Source of the DNA: the human T2T-CHM13v2.0 reference genome, Homo sapiens
Direction: 5' to 3' (one strand)
Assembly (NCBI RefSeq): GCF_009914755.1
Contig: NC_060928.1
Length of the DNA: 64,000 nt
Positions 1 to 15,311 of this stretch are shown here, in pieces; positions within the stretch are counted from its first letter, which is position 1, and every line of letters begins with the position of its first letter. The translations under genes were made by a program, and so were the position numbers. The notes beneath the pieces were generated by a model. The model made no database searches. It saw nothing but the letters and a program-made list of their open reading frames with translations, and was not told where the DNA came from.

Positions 1-626
1 TAATTTAAAAACTTTGAGCTAGAATCTAAACACCTTAGCATAGTAACTAAGGTTTTGAAAGGCAATTATACATAATACATGAATGTTTTTATGCATATTT
101 TGCTTTATTTTTTTTCTACTTAATCTATATTGTTAAGATAAAACAAAAAGAAAGCTGATGGACAAATAAGGCTTAGCCTGAAGGAGCAATGATAAGAAAA
201 AGTCCTGAACATAAGATTTTTTTCAAGACAGCAATGGAAGAATGGGCTTTTATATGGGCCAGGCTCTTGGGGGAAGAGCTCAGAACACTGGGGCTCTATA
301 ATGTCAAAAAAAGTTTACTTCGGACTTAAAGTCAGCATTTTCATATAAGTTATTCTACTGAAAATAGGATTAATGTCTTAATTACTTTGAAAAATGAAAC
401 TATTAACAAAATATTTTACAATTACCAGGCTCTTCATCTTCAGTGCACAATAGATAACACATAAATGTTTGTATAACGTTTATATATATTCTACATAAAT
501 GTTAAACCCAGTTTCTATGTGGTAAAACTAAGAAGATTCTTAATTTCAAAGACAACTGGTAAAAGACTATGGCTTTATTTTCCACATTTCTATTTAAGGA
601 AATATTATTACATTAGGCAAAATTAT

Positions 627-1004
627 TGATATGCTTTGGTTCTCTGTCCCCACCCAAATTTCATGTCTAATTGTAATTCCCACATGTTGAAGGAAGGGCC
701 GGGTGGGAGGTGATAGAATCATAGGGGTGGACTTCCCCCTTGCTGTTCTTGTGATGAAGTTCTCAGGAAATCTGGTTCTTTGAAAGTGTGTAGCACCTCC
801 CTGATCACTCTCTTCCTCCTGCTCTGCCATGGTAAGATGTGCTTGCCTCCCCTTCATTTTCTGCCATGATTGTAGGTTTCCTGAGGTCTCCTAGTCATAC
901 TTCCTGTTAAGCCTGTAGAACTGTGAGTCAATTAAACCTCTTTTTTTCATAAATTACCCAGTCTCAGGTAGTTCTTTATAGCAGTATGAGAATGGACTAA
1001 TTCA
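627..1004 (+). mobile_element. MST/THE1-type MaLR solo LTR
   Basis: TGATATG...ctaattCA termini, typical MST motifs, 5-bp TSD ATTAT (622-626, 1005-1009). Confidence 0.85.
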
Positions 1005-1212
1005 ATTATCTAATAAAGAGTATTGCAGATATATTGCTGTTCTTATATTATCCCTACAATAATTTCTAAGTTGTTTTTAAGAATTAGGGCATGAACTCAT
1101 CTTCTCTCATTCTTTTTATTATTCAAGAAAAAATAAAAAACAACTATGTCTTTTAAGGGACCCAAAATTGTGAGTATTACATAGAAAATTAAGAATTTAA
1201 CATCCTGCCAGG

Positions 1213-2100
<888 letters not shown>

Positions 2101-2127
2101 GAAGGGGAAGAGGAAGAGGAAGAGGAA

Positions 2128-2174
<47 letters not shown>

Positions 2175-2253
2175 AGAAGAAGAAGAAGAAGAAGAAGAAG
2201 AAGAAGAAGAAGGAGAAGGAGAAGAAGAAGAAAAAGAAGAAGAAGAAGAAGAA
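2101..2253 (+). repeat. Interrupted (GAA)n microsatellite at an Alu tail, 51 purine triplets, longest pure run (GAA)20 at 2152-2211
   Basis: Counted directly. Confidence 0.97.
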
Positions 2254-3216
2254 TTGTGTAATTATGGTTTACTGACTGAAAGTTTAACACATGTATGGCA
2301 TATAATGGACCCTCCTGATAAGCCTCAAACAGTATTAAATAAATGATTCTCAGTAAATGATTTGTGCTTATCTTCTTTGTACTATGTGATATGCAAGTTA
2401 GCTTTAGATTTTAGAAATCATTCTAACCCAGAGTGTTTTTACTTTAAAATGAAGCCAAAGCTGAATCTGAATCTTAGCTTCAAGAAATACATTTATCCTG
2501 GAGAAGCCTTGAAAAAAAGTCTTTAGACCAAATACTAATGAGAGGTATCTTCCTCTGTAGTGGTCTTTCGGTCTTTCTACTTCATATCTAGATCCTGGTG
2601 TTAACTGGGAAAACACTTAAATAACATTCCATGGATCTGCAGAAAGTTCACTGTGTCACCTAAGATGGTATTCTAAGTACTTTGGAGCTTTGGGTAAGGG
2701 AATGCCTCTAAATTTGCTGGTTTATTGCAGAAAACTAAGTGTATCTTAGATCAAATGGGAAAGCAGCCTCATGGCCATTTTGTATAGTTTATTCAACATT
2801 CCAGTCTAGGATTTTTCTGAACTACCTTTTTCATAGGTGGTAATCCTGCCTATGTTTCAATGTTTCCAATGTGGAAGTCATTATTTTGTTAAAGAATTTG
2901 AAGCATCAAAAAATGCTTCCATATATTTTGTTGAGATCTACCATTCTACAACATTTAGCCTTTTGTTATTTTTCTCCCCTTTGAAGAAACACAGGATATG
3001 CAGAATATATGTATTATTTCTTCCCTGCACTACTGCTTTACATACATGTATAGATACCATGTAATTCCTTAGTCTACTCAAGGTTAAACATCACCAGTTG
3101 ACTGAAGCACTCCTCATGTTATATTTTGTTGTTTTCACTATCTTGATAGTACTTTAGTACTCTCAATATCTTTACCAATGTCTGTCATACTATACGACTC
3201 AAGCTATAAACAATTT

Positions 3217-3352
3217 GGGAGGCTGATGTGGGAGGATCACTTGAGCCCAGGAGTTCAAGGCTGTAGTTTGCTACAATCGTGCCTGTGAATAGCCACTGCA
3301 CCCCAGCTTGGGCAACATAGTGAGACCTTATGTCTAAAAATAAATAAAAAAT
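3217..3352 (+). mobile_element. Alu monomer fragment (FRAM/FLAM-like)
   Basis: gggaggctga...cccaggagttcaaggctg...A-rich tail. Confidence 0.8.
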
Positions 3353-3361
3353 AATTTAGAA

Positions 3362-6075
3362 ATGTAGTGGCTGAGAACAACAATAAACATTTATTATCTC
3401 ACACAGTTTCTATGGCTCAGGAATTTGGGAACAGCTTGGCTGGGTGATTCTGGTTCAGTGTCTCTCATGAGATTGTGGTTGACGTTTCAGCTGGGGCTAC
3501 AATCCTCTGAAAGCTGTCTGAGGCTGAAGGTCTGCTTCTAAGATGGCTCTCTCACAAGGCTGTCAAGTTCATTCTAGCTCAGTTTCTTACCAATGAAATT
3601 CTCCATAGGACTGCATGAGTATCTTCATGACATGATATGACGGTTGTCTTCTCCCAGAATGAGTGATCTGAGACAGAGAGAAAGTGAGAGTTCCAAGCCA
3701 CAATATCTATGTGCTAGCCTTTGAAATCACACATTGTCATTAACAAAATACACCATTGGTGCACAGGTCAGCTCTATTCAGTATGGGAGGCAGCTACACA
3801 GTAGCTTGAGTATCAGAAAGCAGGGATTATTTGGAGGTCATCTTGGAGGCTGGCACTAGAGTCTAACCTCTATCCCTCAATGACTAACCTCCATCCCACA
3901 TGCAAAGAATACTTACATATTCTCAAGGCCATCAAAAATCTCGTTCCACAGTGAGAACACATGGACACAGGAAGGGGAACATCACACTCTGGGGACCGTT
4001 GTGGGGTTGGGGGAGGGGGGAGGGATAGCTTTAGGAGATATACCTAATGCTAAATGACGAGTTAATGGGTGCAACACACCAGCATGGCACATGTATACAT
4101 ATGTAACTAACCTGCACATTGTGCACATGTACCCTAAAACTTAAAGTATAATAATAATCAAATAAAATAAAATAAAAATAAAAATAAAATAAAATGTAAG
4201 ATGCATGATGAAAAAAAAAATCTTGTTCCATTACAGCATCATCTCAAATCCTACAATCTTGCTGTCCCAAACAGACTTAGATGTGAATAAGGCTTTTTGA
4301 GTGTGGTTCCTCGAGTATAGCTCCTTGAGTAAAATTCCTTGATCTGAAGATCTGTGAACTAAAGAGCTAAAAAGTATGCTCTTCTTTACCCACATACACA
4401 CCCAACATACAATGATGGGACATAAATAAGATAACCACTATAGACACTCCCGTTCAAAGTGTGGAAAACAAAAGGCATATAAGAGTCACTGATCCATAGC
4501 AATTTTGAAATCTATCTAGGCAAATATTGAATGCTCTTCACTAGTACTCATTCCTACTGCTTCTTGGGAATGATTTTCTATGACTTTGGCTTAGACCTTT
4601 GAAGTTTTGGTTTTACCTTCAGAGCCAAATTATTTTTCCATGAAAAGTAGCCTAGATTTGCAGCTGTATATTTTTCCTAGTCTGGTTCCTGCCTGTAGGA
4701 ATTTGGAGGTACAAAAGCCTCTTTTCTTTTGTTCTCTTCAGTCCAAACTGTTGATGTTTCTAACAGTTAAATACTCTGAAAAACTTTGTGAGTCTCCTGT
4801 GAATCTTACTGGAGTTAATTCCATTATACAAAAGCCACACCTGCAAATCTGTTTGAGATAAGCTCTGCTCTACTTAAAGCCTGTGGTGAGATTATTCTTA
4901 AGCTTCTCTGAAGCTCTAATGTGACTTGATGGTTCTCTGAAGTACAACCTTAGATATTTCTAAGGTCTTAGCAAAGTATTTTATAACCACATCCTCAGCT
5001 TCATTTTTACACCATGGTTGTCTGACATCTGGCAATGTCTAAGTTTGGTCTTTGTCCAGAAGCCATTTCTTTATTTCAGCATTGTTTCCCATCTTGAGAG
5101 GCTAGCAATTTTCAAGGCCAACAAGTCTCAGCTTCTTGTGGTTTGATAATCTGTCCTTTAGCTTATTTTCTTCTTTGTCACATTTTACTATAAACAACAA
5201 GAAGAAACCAAGCAGCACCTTCCAAACTCTGACTGGAAGTTTTTTACCTAGATCATCCATTTTATTAGATACAATTTCCAGTTCCACAGTATTGCAGGTA
5301 ATTGTATTGCTTAACTTTCTGCCACTATATTAAAACTATCCCCTTTTCCTCCAGTTTCTGATAATGTTTTCCTCAGCAGAAGCCTCCTCAGAGATGTCAG
5401 GCTTATTAATAATAGTCTATTGAAGACATTTTCAGCTTCCACTAACACTCTCTTCAACATCTTTCAGTTTCTGCCATTGCCTAATTCCAGTGCCTCTCCT
5501 ATATACTTAAAATGTGTTAAAATGGCAGCAACTCACTTCCAAATATATTAGTTATCTATTCATGTGTAGCAAATAACCACAAAACTTGATGACTCAAAAC
5601 AACAATAATGACTTATTATCTCATTCCTGAATTTGACAGCTGCTTAGCTAAATGGTTCAGGGTGTCTCATGAGGTTGAATTCAAGATATTGGCTGAAATT
5701 GCAGCATCAAAAAATTTGACCATGGCTGTAAATTCTGCTTCCAAGATGCTCCCTCACATGGCTGTTAAGTTCATGCTGGCTGTTGACAGACAGCCTCAGT
5801 TCCTTACCACATGGACATCTCCTTAGGGCTGTCTGTGTGTCCTCATAACATGGCAGCTACCTCCAGAGACAGTGATCAAAAAGAAAGCAAGGCAAAAGTT
5901 GCTGTGTATTTTATGTGCTATCCTTGAATGGCACACATCGTTATTTCCACAATATTCTATTAGCTACATAGGGAAACTTCATTCATTGAAGGGGGGGTGG
6001 GGCATGACATTGCAGGAGAACGTTAATTATAGGAGCCTGGAATCATTGAGGCCATTGTGGAGGCTGGCTACCATA
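3362..6075 (-). mobile_element. MLT1-type (F/G/H-like) MaLR provirus relic: LTR ~3362-3860, internal region, LTR ~5544-6075
   Basis: Two homologous LTR copies (aacaacaataa...ttattatctc...tctcatgag...cttc.aagatg.ctc.ctcac...ggaggctggc) flank ~1.7 kb. Confidence 0.75.
3949..4220 (+). mobile_element. 5'-truncated L1PA 3' end inserted in the MLT1 internal region
   Basis: L1PA 3' UTR consensus, A-rich tail, 15-bp TSD aaaaatct(c/t)gttcca at 3934-3948 and 4216-4230. Confidence 0.92.
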
Positions 6076-6845
6076 TTCACTGAAGTCTCTAATAATTTAA
6101 TTTTGAGATACTTCATCCCTTTAGGTATTAATTGATTTTTTGAAACCTAAACTGTACCCCTATGTATCATTAAGTTTTTATTGTAGTTTTAGTTCTGTAT
6201 TTCAACCTCTTCAGATTTTTTTGAATTTTACTTCTGTCATATCAACAACACTCTTGAGCTTTGAATTATTAAGCATGCTAAGTTATAAAATTTTTGAAAT
6301 CCAACTTATTAATAAAAATGTTGCTAAACACTTGTGTCTCCAGGCCTACATACACTTACAAAGTTCATAAAATAAGTACATATATCTTTACCTGCACTAT
6401 TATAGAAATGACACACACACTAAATTCACTTTTTTTTGTTAGATATAAATAGGAGTCCAGTTCCCCCATGCACTATGATAATATAGTATACTAAGCAGTG
6501 GGCAACTCCAGGTTCACCAGGAACTCTAATATATTTTTTTAAAGACTGGATTAATTATACTGACAAAAACCTTAAGAAGTGAGTACTAAAGATTATAAGT
6601 TCTAAATTTTCTAATTTGGAAAACTGAAACTTATAATCGAATTGCTAGAGTTGTACACAAAATACTAGCCTCTGGCAAAATTATGAGGTAGGATAAAGTC
6701 ATCAAGAATACAGACAATGTTGTTGTTTTCTCCCCTTAGATTTAGCAAGGTGCCTTATTTCCAGTAGATCATTAACAAATATTTCTTAATTGATGAACTT
6801 GTTAATCAGTTATTGACAGATTATGCCCTGAAGTCTCTTGGTATC

Positions 6846-7203
6846 TGTATTAGTCAGTTTTCACACTGCTGATACAGACATACCCAACACTGGGTAATTT
6901 ACAAAAGAAGGAGGTTTAATGGACTTACAGTTCCACGTTGCTGGGGAGGTCTCACAATCAAGGCAGAAGGTAAGGAGGAACAAGTCACGTCTTACATGGA
7001 TGGCAGCAGGCAAAGAGAGAAAGAGCTTGTGCAGGGAAACTCCTCTTTTTAAAACCATCAGATCTCATGAGACTTATTCACTATCATGAGAACAGCATTG
7101 GAAAGAATTGCCCCCATGATTCAGTTACCTCCTACCAAGTCCTTCCCACAATACGTTGGAATTCAAGATGAGATCTGGGTGGGGACACAGCCAAACCATG
7201 TCA
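6846..7203 (-). mobile_element. THE1 solo LTR
   Basis: tgtattagtc...ccaaaccatgtca, TSD GTATC at 6841-6845 and 7204-7208. Confidence 0.9.
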
Positions 7204-8003
7204 GTATCCAATTCCTCCTTCCCCAGGGAACCTTCCCTTGGCACCCTAAAAATGCCCCCCAGTGTTCCAAACTGAGAGTATTTTTAAATCTCCAACTATA
7301 CAATCAAACTTTGACTAATTCTGATAAGGAAGAAGTTGGACATTCTAATAAAATTTAGGGAACATTTGTTGTCAATGCCTTAATCTATAATAGACTATCT
7401 AATGGTGTAGATTTCCTGATAAAGTTGACAAATAAATGAAAAGTTTGAGGCAAGCTTCTGGCTGCCTTGCAAACCATAACAATTGTCATTTCTTGATCTC
7501 TCAGTAAGGTCAATCTTAGATGAACATGTTGATTGTTTCATTCTTTACCAAACGTCTGGGCTTCCTGATGCTGGAATTCCAAAACTTTATTTCTTTTATA
7601 GCTGCCTTGCCATGAGTGATTCCCTTTCTTGTTCATCCAACTTAAGAAACTCCTCTTCAAATAAATAGCATTTCTGAGTTTTGTTAATAACATTCAGTCA
7701 GTCACATAAATTCAAAAACTTGAAGTTACTTGTTCTTTCTCTAAACCCTCTCATCCATTATTTGGTGGTCTTCCTCAGCTTTGTCTTCTTTTTTTCTCTA
7801 CCATAATCCCAGTTTAAACCCTTTAGTTTACTTCTTGTTGCAGTTCATCTGGCCACATATTCTTGCCCCATTAACTCACTAAAGCACAGCCTCTTTCCAT
7901 TTATTCACTGCTCAGAAACCCCAATGGAAATCCCATCTCCTCACTGCCTACACAATAAACTCTAAACTTCTTAGCCTAGTTTTCTATGTCTGCCACATTC
8001 TAG

Positions 8004-8408
<405 letters not shown>

Positions 8409-8481
8409 TATTATCAAGACTTTACTATGCTTTTTACTCTGCCTGAAATGATTTTCTGATGCTTTTATTAAAACCCTGCCT

Positions 8482-8800
<319 letters not shown>

Positions 8801-9119
8801 TCAAAGCCAAAATCAAAAGAAATCTCAAACATGATGCCTTGATCCTCCCAGCTAGAAGTATTCTCAATCCTTTCTGAAAGTCTATCATACTTTGTACCAC
8901 TCCTAAGGTATTCACTGAATTCTAACATAAATTTCAGTTATTTGCCTACACGATTTATCTCTTCTTGTGTATTTTAAGCATCCTGAGAGCACAGGTTATC
9001 ATTCTATGCATAGTAGTTAACACATCTGCCTTACTTAAAAGTGGTTCTTCCTGAGTTGGAATCATCATGAAATGAGTTGGCTAAGTATTATACATTGGTT
9101 TGGGGGTGCTGGGTAGGAG

Positions 9120-9315
9120 CACAGTATAGTGTGGTTAAGAGAAAAACCTTTAGAGGTCAAATGATCCCAGATTTAAATTCAATTTTACCAGTTACTAACT
9201 GAATGATCTTGGACAAATTAATTAATCTCTTGGTACCTTAAGTTCCTCATTGGTAAAATGGGAATAACAATGCCTATTTCATAGATTTGTTGTCAGAATT
9301 AAATGAGATATAAAT
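9120..9315 (+). mobile_element. MIR
   Basis: agtatagtgtggttaaga...ttcctcattggtaaaatgggaataacaa core. Confidence 0.7.
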
Positions 9316-9329
9316 TAGGTACAAAACAC

Positions 9330-9603
9330 TTTTTTTTTTTTTGAGACAGTGTTTTGCTCTGTCGCCCAGGCTGGAGTGCAATGGCGTGATCACAGTTCAC
9401 TGAAGACTTGACATCCCAGGCTCATGTGATCCTCCCACCTCAGCCTCCAGAGTAAGGAATGCACCACCATGCCTTGCTAATTTTTGTAGAGATTCAGTTT
9501 TGCCATGTTGTCCAGGTTGGTCTTGACCTCCTGGGCTCAAGCGATCCGCCTGCCTCAGCCTCCCCAAGTGCTGGATTTACAGGTGTGAGCCACCACACTT
9601 TGC
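9330..9603 (-). mobile_element. Alu (J-like, degenerate)
   Basis: Reverse Alu consensus, TSD caaaacactt. Confidence 0.88.
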
Positions 9604-11864
9604 CAAAACACTTACCTTAATAAATAATTATTTTCTTATCCTCTATTGTGCCTAGCACAGAGCCTTGTAATAGTGCTCAACAACTTTTTATTAAACAATT
9701 TAGAAAACAAAAACATATTATTAATTTTGATACATCTTAAATATGCACTTGTATTTAACAATTAAGAAAAATCTTAGATATAACAGAGAGGATAGAAATG
9801 GCAGAGTAGAGTAAGGAAATAAGATGTTGCTTTTTTTTAAGTGAGTGGGAAGAAATTTAATTTTTGACACAGACTGTGTCATCGTCTTAACAACAGAATA
9901 TGCTGGGAATTCCTTAATATTTTCTAATGGGAAAACTGGAAAAAGCCAATTACCTACTGTTAGTTCTAATAGTTCACATCTTAAATTACATATAAAAATG
10001 TTTAAATACTGAAGTTTATGGGAGGCCTGGGCAGGCTTCAGATTCTCAGCCATTGGGGAATTTTTGTGCCGGACCACCCACTGCGAAAGTGAAAAGTTGG
10101 TACCTTTGCCAGTGTGGATATCTCTTCAGAGGAGTGCTCTAGGCTACTGTAACCATTTCCCCCAGGAAGACTAAGAGGGGAAAAAGTACATGAGAAATTA
10201 CTGGACAAACACTGTTTGTCCAAGTTTCAAAGTAATAACCAAAGCTGGAATTAATGCCCTTAACATCACCACTCTCCCTAACCTAAATCTGTTTACATAG
10301 ATTTAGGCTGACTTGTTTTGAGTCTGCTTCTTGTGGGGACACAAACTTATATGAATAAAGCTAGAATTTCAAGGCAAGTCACGCTATTTAGTTATAGTTT
10401 GTTTCAATTTTTTTGTTTATTTTTAATCATCTTTCTCAAAATTGTCTTTAGAAACAAGTCATTCAAGCAATTTATATTTGAAATTCCATTACATTTTTGG
10501 GGGATAAACTTATAAAAGCAAAAGAGACATCCAAATAGTGGTAGGTTAAACCTGGAGAAGGTATGGAAAGGTGCACCTAATCTTTACTCATAACGTTTAC
10601 ATTTTGTAAAGACTAATATTTAACATCTTTTATTTTAAAGATATCATCTCATCTATAATTAGGAACAGTGTGAAAATCTAGTGTCTTGGACTAATGTAGA
10701 GCAGCTGTTTATGAAAGTGCCTGAAACATAATAGATCTCCAATAAATATTATTGTGTTGGCGAAAAAGCTTAACAGGTGTGGGTGTGTATACACAACTCT
10801 CCTTCCTCACCCCCTCAATAATTCCCAGGCAGTGTTTGTAGAGGGCCACTAGAAGATGAAATTTTTCTACTTACACATGAACATCTGAGGATTCCAAAAG
10901 ACTATCCCAAATCCTGACTTCAAAGGCACTTTATTTGCTCTCTGGGGGAGAGATTATTTATGGGGGAGGGAGGGAACACTAGTCTACTGAATCAGGAAGT
11001 CTTTTCCAAGTGACAGAAACCCAATTTGAACCACTTTAGGCAAAACAGGAAATATGCTGACCAGAGTAGCAAAATCTCAGGAAGGGCATTTAACTGGACC
11101 TCCAGGATCATAGTAACAGACAGGAGAGACAGCAGGACTCTCTCTCCCTCCAACTCTCATCCGTGCTTCTCTCTGAGTCTGTGTTACCAGAGACTGAAAT
11201 CTTCTGCCCTGGAGAACCTGGGCTTTTGACAACTCATCTCTTCATCATGAAAAGGACTGCTTCTCTTTTCAAAATTATCATTTGAAGATTCCTGTGGAAG
11301 GACACAAAAGGCAGCCAAGCTCACGTGCCTACTCTTGTGGACACAAGAGATCAGTTCTAGAATTGGCAGCATCCATTAGAACAATATAGCACAAATAAAG
11401 AGAAGAACGGGTTCCCCCCAAAGAGGACAGTTCTGTTTCCAGAAAGGGGGGAGGAGCTGGGCAGACAAAATAAGTGTTTCTAAGATTATATTTTTAAAAA
11501 CCATAACTATATTTACTAAATGTGAAATAAAGATGTCTTTTTCAGTTGCTTTCGATTTTCCATAAAATGTTTTTCTTTGCCTTCTAGTGTTTATCTCATC
11601 TTTCTTCTGGCGCAAATGCTTTTCTTACACAGCATCACCAAGTCCTATCCCTTCCTTCCTCCAAATCTGCACTTAATATTTACTTCCTTGGACTTCAGGT
11701 AAAATTTGGTGAATTGACTACATTTGTTTCTCTCTGTTTTCCCCAGAGTGCTATGAAAGTGGCAACAGAAAAGAAAAAATAAATAAATCCCCAAGTGCAG
11801 AGGAGGAGAGAGACCATAATAGATGAAAAGTGATGAAAAATTTGGGAATATAGAATGTAGGTGG

Positions 11865-12130
11865 TGTATTAACTATTACAAAGCAACAGATTACCCCAAA
11901 ATTTAGCACCTTAAAACAATAAATATTTGTTATCTCATCCCAGTTTTGAGGTTGAAGAATCTCACAGCAGTTTAGCTAGGTAGTTCTAGCTCAGAGACTC
12001 TCAGGAGGTTGCATTTAAGTTGTTTTCTGGGGCTGCCATTATTTGAAGAGCTGGAGAATCTGCTTCCAAGCTCACTCACATGGCTGTTGGCAGGAGGTTT
12101 CAATTTCTCACCATAAAGCTGCTCATGAAA
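11865..12130 (-). mobile_element. MLT1-type LTR fragment
   Basis: Similar to the LTRs at 3362 and 5544. Confidence 0.65.
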
Positions 12131-12654
12131 TGCTAATTACAATGGAAAAAGCATAATGTTAATAGAGAAGCAAATAAATAACTTTTAAACATTAAAGTAA
12201 TGAAGCAGATACCACCTTAAGTAATGAATTAACATAATCAAGTATTGAAAAATCACTATGTGTGCCTCCTGATATGACGCAGTAAGAACATTGCAGCACT
12301 ATGATATCCTGAATATCATAAAAAATATATAATCTGAATCTAATCATGCAAAAATAGCTCAAAGGGCAAGCTGTGAGATGCTATAAAATTACTGATCTCT
12401 AATCTTCAAACGTGTTAAGTTCATAAAAGTGTGTTAGGTGCTTTGATATGGTCATGGAAACACACAGGAGGGGCACGTTGACCTAACCTAATGCCAGAGT
12501 GTCAGGGAGGCCTTTCTCAAAGTAGGGACGTCTAAGCTGAGATCTGAAGTTAGCCTCAAAAAGGGTCAATGGGGGTGGAGAGAAGCAAGAAAGGAGTGAA
12601 CAGGTCATAATGTACAAGACCAAGGAAAAAAATCACTTGATCTTAAGCCAACTG

Positions 12655-12781
12655 ATATGTGTGTATGTATATATATGTACATATACACAAACATACATAC
12701 GTATATATGTGTATATTTTTGTATTTATATGTGTATATATATAAAGGAGGTATGTGTATACATATGTGTGTGTGTATATAT
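12655..12781. repeat. (TA)/(TG) alternating purine-pyrimidine low-complexity tract
   Basis: Read directly. Confidence 0.85.
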
Positions 12782-13089
12782 CCTTTCCTTAATATCAGCA
12801 AGTTGGCTGCTTTTCCTATCATGTCTAAAATGTCACATGTCAAACTGCCTTGACAAGTTGTCCATTGCTTTAGTGTAGGAAATGTGCACTGAAACACACG
12901 TGAAAGAGTAAAACATCTTTACCTTTGATTGGCTCAGTTACTATAATCTCTATCTTTTTCAATCACTACTCATAAGATAACTAGGAAATACTATTTTCAT
13001 AACACTTTTAATTTATAAGTAATATTTTCTAATCACATCAGCAGAAAGTGATACAGAAGACTAGCAGTTCTTTGGTCCTGTCATATTGT

Positions 13090-13300
13090 GCCTAACTTGA
13101 GTCCTATTCTAGTTTTGACTCTGACACTCATTACTCAGGCAGCCTGAGGCAAGTTACTTCTGAGAATCAGTTTTCTTATCTGTCAAATAAGGAAATAATA
13201 TTATCTACTTTATAGGATTGCTGTGAGAACTGATTGAGATAATATTAACATATCAAAGGCACTGGCGCAGTTCCTGGCTCATAGAAAGTACTCAACAAAC
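13090..13300 (+). mobile_element. MIR
   Basis: ggcaagttactt...cagttttcttatctgtcaaataagga...gttcctggctcatag. Confidence 0.65.
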
Positions 13301-13314
13301 TATCTTCTGCATCA

Positions 13315-13869
<555 letters not shown>

Positions 13870-14320
13870 CTAGTGGTTTTCCACTAGAGACTGGGGTCTT
13901 TGAAAGTTCTGCAGGCATTGCAAAACCCACTGCATCAAAATTCATTAAAATTTCTCTACCATTCCAGTCCCTATCATTTTATTTATTTGTTTGTTTATAT
14001 ATGTATTATTTATTTATTTAGCACAATGAGGTGAAACTTTTTTTTTTTTTGGTATATATTAAGAGTTACCAAATGTTCCATGGATGTTTCATCAAAGGTA
14101 ACACCATTCTTCCCACTGTTTGCAGTGAAGTGTGTCTAGTTTGTTGTTTAGGTAACAGCTGGAAAGTAGAAGTGGATATGGTCAGTGTTCTAAGGAATAT
14201 TCTACCACCCAGAAATTCATCAAAAATATGTGAGGCCTACTGGACAAAAATGAGCAGAAATAAAAATAACTGTAACTTATTTGGTCTGTGACCCTAATCA
14301 AAGTCTGATTGGGTTAAGTA

Positions 14321-15311
<991 letters not shown>

